DNA of 64,000 nt from a virus. Lineage: Duplodnaviria > Heunggongvirae > Uroviricota > Caudoviricetes. How positions within the stretch are numbered: the stretch's first letter is position 1; each line of letters opens with the position of its first letter. Shown here piece after piece: positions 28,334 through 38,193 of this stretch. The DNA is taken from positions 28,377 to 92,376 of the IMG/VR virus record IMGVR_UViG_3300045988_137643. One strand, given 5' to 3'. The position numbers were made by a program, and so were the translations under genes. The notes under the pieces are model-generated. The model was not told the origin of the DNA and searched no databases. It worked only from the letters and a program-made list of their open reading frames with translations.

Positions 28334-29437
28334 ATGAAAAATAGCTTTGACAGAGCACGCGCTGCGGAGAACACCTCAAAAGAGGCGATTGAGTATCTCG
28401 AAAGAGCATCTCAAATGCAGGCCGTTATGATCTCGCAGGTTAGCATTGATATGAGATTCTCGGACGCATTCATGTTATTCACTCGCTTATCTCTGCTGAT
28501 AACCAGACGTCGGCCAGAGATCGCTGTTCATTGTATTTTGATACATGTTTTGCCGCACATTGCCGATGTAAAAGTAAGTGACATTAATAGGTTCATGGTG
28601 AACCAACTGGTCAACCCACTAATACTGGATGGCAAAATTGTTATGGGCCGCCGCGTTTTCTCTCTGATGAAGCAGTTCCTTAGCTGGTGCGCCTTCCAGG
28701 GGATGATAGACGTGTCACCGTTAAACGATATGTCACTAAACAAAGTTGCCGGTGGCGCAAAGCCCACACCTCGCGAGCGGAAGCTGACCGACGCAGAGGT
28801 ATGGGTGTTCTGGAATATATGGGACTACTTCAATGTGTGCGCTGGTACAAAATGGGCGGCCAGGCTGTGTCTTGTATCAGCAAGACGACCTGACGAAGTA
28901 CTGCGGGCTAAAAAAAGTGAGTTCAATCTTAAGCGTGGGGTTTGGAATCAAGGCAAGAGAAACAAGTCAGCACGTGAGCATTCGCTGCCTTTAAGCACAT
29001 TAATGCGCACATGCATTGAAGAGTTGTTCGAATACGGTAAAGACAGCCAGTGGCTCGTGCCTTCGAATAAAAAAATCGGGAAAGACCTTCCTATGTCTAA
29101 AGTGGCAATAGCCCAGGCATTACGTCGTATTCTGGAACGACCAGAACTGATGGAGCTTGAGCCATTTACACCCCGAGATTTGCGCCGTACTGCGCGTAGT
29201 TACTTCCCAGCATTAGGCATAAGCCAGGAGGTATCACGCAAAATCATGAACCACAGTCTTGAGGGGATAGATCGGGTCTACGACCGGCACGATTATATGG
29301 ACGAGATGCGAGACGCCTTAGAAAGTTTCTCGACGTACATCGCATCAATCGTAGAGCAACCGGATTTAGACGAAATTGACCACAAATTCAAGGGAGATCG
29401 TCTATCAACAGAGCTTATTCGTGTAAATTTTTCATAG
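28334..29437 (+). CDS. Tyrosine recombinase (phage integrase family)
   Basis: 367 aa; C-terminal catalytic-region residues (DLRRTARS, HSL, VYDRHDY). Confidence 0.7.
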   Translation: MKNSFDRARAAENTSKEAIEYLERASQMQAVMISQVSIDMRFSDAFMLFTRLSLLITRRRPEIAVHCILIHVLPHIADVKVSDINRFMVNQLVNPLILDGKIVMGRRVFSLMKQFLSWCAFQGMIDVSPLNDMSLNKVAGGAKPTPRERKLTDAEVWVFWNIWDYFNVCAGTKWAARLCLVSARRPDEVLRAKKSEFNLKRGVWNQGKRNKSAREHSLPLSTLMRTCIEELFEYGKDSQWLVPSNKKIGKDLPMSKVAIAQALRRILERPELMELEPFTPRDLRRTARSYFPALGISQEVSRKIMNHSLEGIDRVYDRHDYMDEMRDALESFSTYIASIVEQPDLDEIDHKFKGDRLSTELIRVNFS

Positions 29438-29818
29438 AGACTTTATGGCCTCAACAACCTTTTGTGATGCGCCTTTCTCTTTACCGAATCGCTCGTTATA
29501 TGCAGCAAGAACCTGTTTTTCGTCCTCGTTAAGAGGAGCGGTGCCTTCTTTGTATAAAAATGCTGCGAGTTCAGGTTGGCGTTCTTCCAGCACCATCATC
29601 ATAAGACGACTTGGCTCAATACCCAGCGCCAGCGCCAGCGGACGAACCTTATCGATAGGCAAAGGAATTTTGCCACTTTTAATTAAAGAAAGGTTGTTGG
29701 CATTTTTATAACCAATAAGTCTGGCTATTTGGGCCTGACTCATAGGTGAGGATTCAATCAGCCCTGCGATAAAAGCAGCATAGCGACTTTCTATAAATTC
29801 AATCTTGTTGTCAGACAT
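29432..29818 (-). CDS. XRE-family HTH repressor (CI-like)
   Basis: HTH SQAQIARLIGYKNANNLSLIKSGK; divergent from downstream + strand genes across an AT-rich 250-bp region. Confidence 0.6.
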   Translation of the reverse strand: MSDNKIEFIESRYAAFIAGLIESSPMSQAQIARLIGYKNANNLSLIKSGKIPLPIDKVRPLALALGIEPSRLMMMVLEERQPELAAFLYKEGTAPLNEDEKQVLAAYNERFGKEKGASQKVVEAIKSL

Positions 29819-29849
29819 TGTTACAACCTTTGCGCGTTTAATTCTCTCT

Positions 29850-29863
29850 GGTAAGTGCTTACC
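29850..29863. promoter_or_regulatory. Candidate operator palindrome GGTAAGtgCTTACC
   Basis: Perfect 14-bp palindrome in the divergent region next to the repressor gene; related to the genome-wide TAAGT..ACTTA motif. Confidence 0.4.
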
Positions 29864-30069
29864 GATATTACATCAAAGGTTAGGGTTGTAAAGCTATTAT
29901 CATTTTTTTCGGCAGGCACTTGTAAGACCAAGCAAAGGTCCATGCATGGAGAAAAACTAGCCCAAAATAGGTAAGAAAATTAACTTGCATCTGATATAGA
30001 TGTATTCAGTATTGATACAAATTTTAGTAGTATTCCTTACCATAGTATAAGTTAGAATGGATTGATTGA

Positions 30070-30282
30070 ATGAAAACCACTATTTCCAGCCTAATCGCTC
30101 TTGAGATCGGACACGTACAGAAATTAGCTGATGAGTGTGTAGCTGACATCCTCACCGATCTACCGAATGAGCAGATTCAGGTTGGTGTGAATGACACAAC
30201 TGGCTTTATATTCGAACTTAACAACAAACGCTTCACGCTTCTCAATACCGGCTCCGGGTCTTTAGCCGTCAGAATCTGTTAA
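30070..30282 (+). CDS. Hypothetical small protein
   Basis: ORF only. Confidence 0.25.
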   Translation: MKTTISSLIALEIGHVQKLADECVADILTDLPNEQIQVGVNDTTGFIFELNNKRFTLLNTGSGSLAVRIC

Positions 30283-30380
30283 CCCCTCTTCTCCCTGCGC
30301 GAATGGCTTAGTTCCCTGTTCGCGCAGTGCTACATTAAACACACTAGTAAATAATTTGTTTTCATAACAAAGGATTAGCC

Positions 30381-32489
30381 ATGTCTAAAAAACGTTCCAT
30401 CAAAGAGGTTCAGGACTTCCGTGACAGTGTAAAACGAGTAGTCGCTCTCCTTTCAGGTAAAAACATCCCTGTTGCAGAACGAGGGGACGACGCTTATGTA
30501 CGCTATAACGATGATGGAGAGCCAATTCTCGTAAACATCCCATCAATCCCGGATAACGCAACACCGGCATTGATGAATGCTGTGCGCGGATTTCTCGATC
30601 ATGAGGTTGCTCACATTTTGTTTACCGATATTCGTGTGTCCAACAAAATGAGAGAAAAAGGACGCGTTCCTTCCTGGTCGCTATGGAATGCCTTAGAAGA
30701 CGTGTTCATCGAGCGAAAAATGGGGCAGGTCTTTAACGGAACAAGACGTAATCTGATGGCAACTCAGCGCCTTATAATCGAAAAAGTCTTTAAACCAAAG
30801 GCTTCAGAGGCTATTGCTTATTGTGGCAAAGATCAGCGCGCGCTTTTTCTAAACTTCTTTCTCTGTCCGGTTGTAAGAGCCTGGGATGGCCAAGCACCGT
30901 TCGTAGATTTCATGGATGAATATTGGCCTGTCATTGAGAAACCAATTTCATTATTAAAAGAACATGGTATCGATGTGGCCGTGCGTAACATGTCTTGCAC
31001 CGAGGATTGTGTAAAGGTGGCTGCGACCATAGCTAAGCTCCTCAAAGACACTGAAAGTGAAAGCAAAGGTAAGGAGTCAGCTCCGGGAAAAACTTCCGAT
31101 CCTTCAGACGCTGACCAGACGGATGCCTCTGGAGAAAACAATGAAGACAACGAAGATCATGAGACACCCTCAGAGATAGATAATCACAAATCTATCAAAT
31201 CAGAATCACATAGTAAGCACAAGCATGATAATAACGACAGTGATGATTCAGATAATTCTGAATCATCAGAAACAATATTCGATGATACAGAAAATGATAA
31301 AGAGGTATCAGATTCTGATGCTTCTGATAACGCGGCGTCAGAATCATTAACCGCTGACCACGAAAAAAGAAAAACGACAGAAGACGGCTCTTCAGATATT
31401 CCAACCCCGTCAAAAATGAGTCTGGAAGAGGCTTTAGAGGAGCTGGATAGCATAGAAGATGAAGTCGGAGGCATGACAGAAGATGCTCTATCCGAAACGA
31501 TTAAAAGCGAGTTAACAGAAAGCTCGAAAAGCGAATACAGGCCATACAATCGCTCATACGACTTCATCGGCTCGATTGATCAGGCAGAAGCCCATATCAA
31601 ACGGCTTATTAAAACATTCTCCGATATTGATTTAGGAGGATATCCAATCAGCCGCTATCGCATCGTTCCTGAAGGCAACCAGCTCTTCGACAAATATATT
31701 GAAAAGCATCTTTCGTCAGGTGTTTCGTCGACGCTGGCAAAAGACCTGGAGCGAGCAATAGCAAGCAGAAACAGAGTTCAGTTTATACCGGGCCAGCGTC
31801 GGGGGCGCATTCATGGTTCTAGTATCTACAGATTAGCAATGAATGATGATCGCGTGTTTCGTAAAAAAGAAGAATCTAAAGCCGTTAACGCCTGTGTTCA
31901 ACAAGTGATTGATTTATCAGGTTCAATGAGTGGCGAAACGATAAAACTAGCTCTTGCAAGTGCATATACCATCGCCGATGCTCTTGATCGAATAAATGTT
32001 CCCAACATTATCACCGGCTTCACTACATTTGGCAGTCATCTGGCAGCGATAGAACTTAAGGCTGTCAAGTATGAGTTCTCTCGCTTTGAATCTTTAATGC
32101 TACCTATCATCAAAAATTGGAATGAAAAGGTAAATTCTCGCGAAGTTCGCTCACGTATGGGGTGCGTAGGCTACACATTCCCACTTCTTAATAACGTGGA
32201 TGGTGAAAGCATAGCCAGCCTTGCATCGTTATTTTCCGGTCGCATGGAGGACAGGAAGATCATGCTTGTTCTGAGCGATGGCGAGCCGCTGGCTGTTGGG
32301 AGAGGTTTTGACGCTCATTTGCGTTCGGTTGCGAAGCAAATTGAAACGCAGACTGACATTGATTTGATGGCAATTGGCATCATGACTGACGCACCGGAGA
32401 GATTTTACGCAAATCATGCCCTGGTAACGAGCGTTGATAGTCTTGGTTCATCTGTAGTTACTGAACTATCTCGTATCATTTTGAAGTGA
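30381..32489 (+). CDS. vWA-domain protein (CobT-like) with acidic low-complexity linker
   Basis: MIDAS motif DLSGSMSGE; long D/E/S-rich region; paired with downstream AAA+ ATPase. Confidence 0.6.
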   Translation: MSKKRSIKEVQDFRDSVKRVVALLSGKNIPVAERGDDAYVRYNDDGEPILVNIPSIPDNATPALMNAVRGFLDHEVAHILFTDIRVSNKMREKGRVPSWSLWNALEDVFIERKMGQVFNGTRRNLMATQRLIIEKVFKPKASEAIAYCGKDQRALFLNFFLCPVVRAWDGQAPFVDFMDEYWPVIEKPISLLKEHGIDVAVRNMSCTEDCVKVAATIAKLLKDTESESKGKESAPGKTSDPSDADQTDASGENNEDNEDHETPSEIDNHKSIKSESHSKHKHDNNDSDDSDNSESSETIFDDTENDKEVSDSDASDNAASESLTADHEKRKTTEDGSSDIPTPSKMSLEEALEELDSIEDEVGGMTEDALSETIKSELTESSKSEYRPYNRSYDFIGSIDQAEAHIKRLIKTFSDIDLGGYPISRYRIVPEGNQLFDKYIEKHLSSGVSSTLAKDLERAIASRNRVQFIPGQRRGRIHGSSIYRLAMNDDRVFRKKEESKAVNACVQQVIDLSGSMSGETIKLALASAYTIADALDRINVPNIITGFTTFGSHLAAIELKAVKYEFSRFESLMLPIIKNWNEKVNSREVRSRMGCVGYTFPLLNNVDGESIASLASLFSGRMEDRKIMLVLSDGEPLAVGRGFDAHLRSVAKQIETQTDIDLMAIGIMTDAPERFYANHALVTSVDSLGSSVVTELSRIILK

Positions 32490-32584
32490 TTAAAACAGCC
32501 TTAACGATAAGTAACTACTTATGATAGTTAATGATATATTTATATAAGAAGTTGAACGCTCATTAGAGAACAAAGGAAAAACGC

Positions 32585-33820
32585 ATGACTACTACTGCAC
32601 TGCAAAATGAAAAAAATCCTTCTGATTACCTTGTTTGCAAGTGGTGCGGAAAATCATTTCACTATTTTAAGTCCCATGTAGCCTATGGTAATTGCGAGGG
32701 CATTCCTGAGTCGGTAAAAGATGCCGATCCTGACACCGTACTGAAAATGTACACAACGCAGTTTCCAGATGAACCAACGCTATCGAAAAAGGCACTTGAT
32801 GCAATTCAAGCTAAACGTGCCGAGCAAAAAAGCGAAATGGCCAAATCTTCTGGTGTGACCAGTAGCCCAGGCTACATAGGCACAGTTGAGTACAAGACAG
32901 ATCTGGTCGCAGCTCACGAACTGCTAGACGTAACGGTGGAAGAACTCGGAACAAAACGTGGGACGCCGCTCATGGTTAGCGTCAACGTCAATACGCCGTT
33001 TCCAGAGTTCGTTCCTGAAGTGAAGAAGGGCTACGTATATGGCGACTTCGAACTGATCAAAGACATTTTCATGATGCTTGAACTTGGCATACCAGGCTAT
33101 TTGTGGGGACATGCAGGAACAGGCAAATCGTCATTGCCTACACAGCTATGTGCTTTGCTCAATCGTCCGTTGATCCGTGCCCAACATACAGCATCAATGG
33201 AAGAAGCTCATGTTACGGGTCAAATTCTGGCGCGTGATGGCTCTACGTATTTCGAGCCAGGCTTGCTTGCGCTCGCAATGAAGCATGGCTGGGTTTACCT
33301 CGCGGATGAATACGACTTTGCGTTTCCACAAATTCTTGGCGTGTATCAGCCAGTGCTGGAAGGTGAAGCGTTGGTCATCAAAGAGGCGACACCAGAATGG
33401 CGTCGCATTACTCCGCATAAACGGTTTGCTTTTATTGGCACTGGCAACACGAACGGATCTGGTGATGAAACCGGCTTGTACCAGGGTACAAACATCCAGA
33501 ACGCCGCGAACTTTTCGCGTTTTGGCATCGTTTCGAATGTGAAATACATGAGCAAAGAGGCAGAGATCAACATGTTGATAAATGCCGGCATTGTGGATGA
33601 GTACGCTGAAAAGATGGTTAAGTTTGCCGGTATCGTTCGCGATGGTTACGAAGAACACAATATCAGCCAACCGATTGGGCCTCGTGAGCTTTTGTTGTCG
33701 GCCAAGATTGGAATGATGCGAGGCGACTTTGTGACAGGTATTGAGCGTTCTTTCATTAACAAACTCCCTTCAGCTTCTGCGCAAGCGGCACGTGAAGTTG
33801 TTCAAAAAATATTTGGTTAA
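32585..33820 (+). CDS. AAA+ ATPase, CobS/MoxR-like
   Basis: Walker A GHAGTGKSSL, Walker B VYLADEYD; N-terminal Cys-rich segment. Confidence 0.65.
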   Translation: MTTTALQNEKNPSDYLVCKWCGKSFHYFKSHVAYGNCEGIPESVKDADPDTVLKMYTTQFPDEPTLSKKALDAIQAKRAEQKSEMAKSSGVTSSPGYIGTVEYKTDLVAAHELLDVTVEELGTKRGTPLMVSVNVNTPFPEFVPEVKKGYVYGDFELIKDIFMMLELGIPGYLWGHAGTGKSSLPTQLCALLNRPLIRAQHTASMEEAHVTGQILARDGSTYFEPGLLALAMKHGWVYLADEYDFAFPQILGVYQPVLEGEALVIKEATPEWRRITPHKRFAFIGTGNTNGSGDETGLYQGTNIQNAANFSRFGIVSNVKYMSKEAEINMLINAGIVDEYAEKMVKFAGIVRDGYEEHNISQPIGPRELLLSAKIGMMRGDFVTGIERSFINKLPSASAQAAREVVQKIFG

Positions 33821-34000
33821 TCGTGCGTAAAGGATGTTTCGGCTCTCTTATCGCTGCTTCTGAAACTGGTAAGGCTTGTCTGGTGTGTCCAGACAAGCCC
33901 GATTGTCACCAATCAGCAAAAGAAGTTGCGATTTCGATGCATGGGAAGTTCGTAGGCTTCCCAAATGACAAAATCAAAAAAACCAGAAAGGTAAAAACAC

Positions 34001-37000
34001 ATGAAGGCACTGATGGTTCGAACTGACTTCTCACTTGGGGAGTCGGCTCTAAAAGCAGAAAACGCGGTGAAGATTGCCAGAGAAGCTGGCTACACCGCTG
34101 TAATTTCAGCAGATAGCATGAATATTGCGAGTGTTATTCCACTACAACGTGCCGCTGGTGACGACATGGCGGTTATTTGTGGTGTGAAACTAAACATCGT
34201 TGATGATCCCACATACGAGCACCGGGCTAAACTTGCTAAAGAATCTAAGGGATGTATGGAATCATTAGAGCGAGGACGTAACTACTCGTTTACCGCTCTA
34301 ATTAAAAATGAGCAAGGATATCGCGACATCTGCGAACTAATGACGGTGGCCAACACACGAGAACAGTTCTACTTTGTACCGCGTCTCTCGCTCGAACAGT
34401 TGGTTTCTACATATGCCAAAGGCAACATCATCCTGCTCACTTCCGACATCGGTAGCGTGTTCCAACGCAACGATTTTGCAAAAATCATAAGCACACTGAT
34501 TACAGCGGGTGGAAAAGACAACTTCTATAGTGTGGTTTATCCGCACCCTACCCCATTCTACGACCAGATTAACGTCCGGGCGATGAAAGTCGCCAGCGCA
34601 CTGAAAATAGAGCCAGTAGCGTTCTATCCCGCTTATTACGAATCGATCGACGATGCAGACATTAAAGACATTGCGCACATGGTTACGAACAACATCAAAA
34701 TCGACCAGCCGCATCGTCTGCGTATCCCCCACCAGCGAGATAACGCCGTCAATGGTCGCCGCCATCTCCTTGAGGCGCTGAAAGCCTTCTCCGTTCGCAT
34801 GGATGTGCCGGTAACAGCTGCAATGGCCTCAACAACGCAGGATACCATTATCGATGCCTGCACATGGCGCTGGCATGAATTGCCACCAGCACTGCCAAAG
34901 ATGGCAGACGACGAGCCTGCAACGCTGATGAAACTGGCCGTTGCTGGGCTGCGTAAACGTCTTACCACAAAAGAGTTTGGCTACACACCACCGGCTTCTG
35001 AGAACAGGATTTATGTTGAACGGCTTAAGTACGAAATGGACACGCTGACTCGCCTGGGATTTTGTGGTTACTTCCTGATGGTACGCGATCTGATGAATCA
35101 CAGCCGTGAAACTGGCATTCCTGTCGGGCCTGGTCGTGGTTCCTCTGCCGGTTCTCTGGTGGCGTGGTGCATAGGCATAACCAACGTCGACCCAATCCGT
35201 CACGGTCTTCTGTTTGAGCGTTTCATCAACCCTGAGCGTCTCGACTTGCCGGATGCGGACTTGGACTTCAGCCAGGCACGTCGCCATGAGGTGATCGAGT
35301 ATCTGAATGAACGCTACGGCGAAGATTACGTTGCAGGCATTCCGAACTTCACCTACCTGGGCGCAGCCTCTGCACTACGTGACACCGCTCGTATTTATGG
35401 TGTGGAGTCCGCAGATATGGCGGTATCAAAAGAACTGAAGAACGTCGAGGATGATAGCCTTCCATTGGAAGAACTGCGCGAACAACTGGCAAGTCTCGAC
35501 AAATACGCAACAAAATATCCTGATGCATTCAATGCAGCCTGCAAGTTACAAAGCCTTATGCGTGGCTTTGGTAGACATGCGGCAGGGATGATCGTAGCAG
35601 GTGTTCCTCTGACAGAACGCACACCGGTTGAGCGCCGTGGTGACGCGCGTTGTATCGCATTTGACAAGCGTTACTGCGAGGCTATGGGCCTAATTAAGCT
35701 GGACGTGCTTGGCCTGGCAACTCTCGATTTGCTCGATAGTGCAAAACGCTACATAAAAGAGAACACAGGTGAAGATATCAATCTTGATGCCATTTCTCTT
35801 GAGGATCGCAAGGTGCTGGATGGTTTTGCTGCTGGGTACACTCAAGGTGTTTTCCAGCTTGAATCAGGCCCAATGCGCAAGCTGCTTAAAGATTTAGGTG
35901 GTGGAATTGAGCCAATGAGCTTTAAAACGGTTGTTGCTACGACTGCGCTCTTCCGGCCGGGGCCAATTCAGTCAGGCATGTTGGATGATTATGTTTCTGT
36001 CGCCAAAGGCTTTATGACGCCGGAATCATTACACCCCGTTCTTGATGAACTTACCGCAGAAACAAATGGCGTGATTCTCTATCAGGAACAGACGATGAAC
36101 GCGACTCGATTGCTTGCTGGCTTCACAATGGCTGAAGCTGACGGTGTTCGTAAAGCGATCGGCAAAAAAGACATGGAAAAAATGAAGAGCATGGGCGAGA
36201 AGTTCATCGTTCAGGCTCAAGCTGGCTGGATAGACGTTGAGCTGGAAGATGGCACTACACAGCGCATTCACCGTGCGGAACATTTTAAATGCGAAGACGG
36301 AACTCTGAAAACTGTCGAAGAGGCACTTGAGTACGGCGCAAAACTACCTATAAACGCAGTACGCGTTACAGCGTCACATCCAGGGCTATCAGAGATGAAA
36401 GCGAAGGAGATCTGGACCGCATTCGAAAAGAATGGTGCCTACCAGTTCAACAAATCACACTCTGTTGCTTACTCCTTAATCAGTTATCAATCTATGTGGT
36501 TGAAAACTCATTATCCCGCAGAGTTTTTCGCTGCTGCTCTCACTATTCTTGGCGAAGATAAACACCAGGGGCTGGTTAAAGATGCGCTGACCTATGGTAT
36601 TCGCGTATTGCCACCAGACGTTAACGTGTCATCTAACCGAATCGAGATCCGCACGCTTGAAGATGGCAGCCAGGTGCTGTATGCGCCCTTCTCTGCTGTG
36701 AAAGGTTGTTCTGAGAATGGCTGCCAGGCCATCATGAGAGCGCGAGAAAAAGTTGGCGGCAAATTCGAGTCACTGGCGCAATTCGAAGAAGCTGTCGAGA
36801 AACGTGCCTGTAATAGTCGAGTGCGCGAATCACTGCAAAAAGTAGGGGCGTTTGCATCCATCGAGCCAGGTAGTCTGCCAGCAACTGATCCAGAGCGTCT
36901 CCGCGACCAAGCTGAATTGATGGGAAACCTTGTCATAGACGCAGTTAAAGCCTCACGTCCGTTTGAGATGAACCCCAAACGTTCGGCTGAGATTAACGTG

Positions 37001-37519
37001 CTCATGACACGGATGGCGGCTGAAATGGGATTAGGTGATGAACTAATCCGCCCTAGCATTGGCATTAAGCCGAAAATCATGATCATTCTGGACAATGCAA
37101 ACGGCAATGATGCTCGAACCGGTTACTTTATGGAGAACGGATACGACGATTTTAAGGCCAAGCTGTTGACGGCTGGGGATTTGCGCATGGGCGATCTCTA
37201 TGTCACAGGCGTTTGCAAAAAGGTGAAAGACAAAGAAAAGGACTACACCAAAGACGAGATCGGCCAGTTCACCGACTTTATGCGTGAAGAGATCAATCTG
37301 GTGCGCCCGACCTATGTGCTGACGTGTGGCAGCCGGGCAACGGCATTGTTTAACAACAAAAACAAGCCATCCGATTTGGTCGGCAGGAAGGAGTACCTTC
37401 CAGACCTTGACGTTACTGTCTTTTACGGGTTTAACCCCAACATTCTTTACTTCAGACCTGAAGAGGGAGAACGACTAGAAGCGATATTAGCCGACGTAGC
37501 AGAAACCATTAAGACGTGA
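34001..37519 (+). CDS. dnaE: DNA polymerase III alpha-subunit family (DnaE-like)
   Basis: 1172 aa; PHP-like N-terminus; pol III alpha-like core blocks (GPGRGSSAGSLVAWCIGIT, LDVLGLATLD); AAAACACATG start context. Confidence 0.85.
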   Translation: MKALMVRTDFSLGESALKAENAVKIAREAGYTAVISADSMNIASVIPLQRAAGDDMAVICGVKLNIVDDPTYEHRAKLAKESKGCMESLERGRNYSFTALIKNEQGYRDICELMTVANTREQFYFVPRLSLEQLVSTYAKGNIILLTSDIGSVFQRNDFAKIISTLITAGGKDNFYSVVYPHPTPFYDQINVRAMKVASALKIEPVAFYPAYYESIDDADIKDIAHMVTNNIKIDQPHRLRIPHQRDNAVNGRRHLLEALKAFSVRMDVPVTAAMASTTQDTIIDACTWRWHELPPALPKMADDEPATLMKLAVAGLRKRLTTKEFGYTPPASENRIYVERLKYEMDTLTRLGFCGYFLMVRDLMNHSRETGIPVGPGRGSSAGSLVAWCIGITNVDPIRHGLLFERFINPERLDLPDADLDFSQARRHEVIEYLNERYGEDYVAGIPNFTYLGAASALRDTARIYGVESADMAVSKELKNVEDDSLPLEELREQLASLDKYATKYPDAFNAACKLQSLMRGFGRHAAGMIVAGVPLTERTPVERRGDARCIAFDKRYCEAMGLIKLDVLGLATLDLLDSAKRYIKENTGEDINLDAISLEDRKVLDGFAAGYTQGVFQLESGPMRKLLKDLGGGIEPMSFKTVVATTALFRPGPIQSGMLDDYVSVAKGFMTPESLHPVLDELTAETNGVILYQEQTMNATRLLAGFTMAEADGVRKAIGKKDMEKMKSMGEKFIVQAQAGWIDVELEDGTTQRIHRAEHFKCEDGTLKTVEEALEYGAKLPINAVRVTASHPGLSEMKAKEIWTAFEKNGAYQFNKSHSVAYSLISYQSMWLKTHYPAEFFAAALTILGEDKHQGLVKDALTYGIRVLPPDVNVSSNRIEIRTLEDGSQVLYAPFSAVKGCSENGCQAIMRAREKVGGKFESLAQFEEAVEKRACNSRVRESLQKVGAFASIEPGSLPATDPERLRDQAELMGNLVIDAVKASRPFEMNPKRSAEINVLMTRMAAEMGLGDELIRPSIGIKPKIMIILDNANGNDARTGYFMENGYDDFKAKLLTAGDLRMGDLYVTGVCKKVKDKEKDYTKDEIGQFTDFMREEINLVRPTYVLTCGSRATALFNNKNKPSDLVGRKEYLPDLDVTVFYGFNPNILYFRPEEGERLEAILADVAETIKT

Positions 37520-37525
37520 TCCCAT

Positions 37526-37555
37526 AAACATGGCCTCTATGGCCATGTTTTCCCT
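37526..37555 (+). terminator. Hairpin terminator candidate (weak U-tract)
   Basis: AAACATGGCC-tctat-GGCCATGTTT then tccctt. Confidence 0.35.
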
Positions 37556-37644
37556 TATCCCCTCATATCCCCTATCCTCGAACTCCTTGCCTTATCATCA
37601 CAATGATATAATCAATATAAAATGATAAGTAAAAAGGAAAGCAC

Positions 37645-38076
37645 ATGATCACCGATATTTACGAGAAAATAATGTCTGATCTCGAGTTTGACCGAGACAA
37701 TCTGGAGGAAGTCTGGCGTAGACAACCCCGCCTTTTAATGGAGTATGGCTCAAAACTCGCTCATGCAGAAAGAAGTGTCGCAGAGGCAAAACTTAACCTT
37801 GAAGCTGTTGAAGCAAAGCTATACGACACAGAGCGTAAGAACTTGAGTATGAACGGCATTAAGTTCAACGAGTCTGTACTGGACGCTAAGGTTAAAACAA
37901 ACCCACAGTATCTGTCTAAACGGCAGAAGTTGGATGAAGCACGGCACATCGCAGACATATACAAACATGCTGTCGCCGCCTTTTCGCATCGCCGAGACAT
38001 GATCGTTCAGGCGTCGAAGATGGCCATCGTTGAGTTAGATCGATTAGGCTCTGAACGCTTTATTACTCCCCGTTGA
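37645..38076 (+). CDS. UvsY-like recombination mediator candidate
   Basis: 143 aa helical protein; loose resemblance to T4 UvsY as recalled; placed with SSB, FEN and UvsX-like genes. Confidence 0.3.
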   Translation: MITDIYEKIMSDLEFDRDNLEEVWRRQPRLLMEYGSKLAHAERSVAEAKLNLEAVEAKLYDTERKNLSMNGIKFNESVLDAKVKTNPQYLSKRQKLDEARHIADIYKHAVAAFSHRRDMIVQASKMAIVELDRLGSERFITPR

Positions 38077-38193
38077 TTTTTGATAGATAATAAGTAAGTA
38101 CTGATCTATCATTTAACAGCTCGAAAGAGCCACGAATGAACGAAAGCCCAACGCGCATAGCGCCATCGGCCAAATCACAACAAGGAGAAACAC

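Noticed and set aside
33823-34026. 67-aa Cys-rich ORF between the AAA+ ATPase and dnaE as a separate gene
   Set aside because: It overlaps the dnaE start and has no clear RBS; mentioned only as part of the vWA/AAA+ finding
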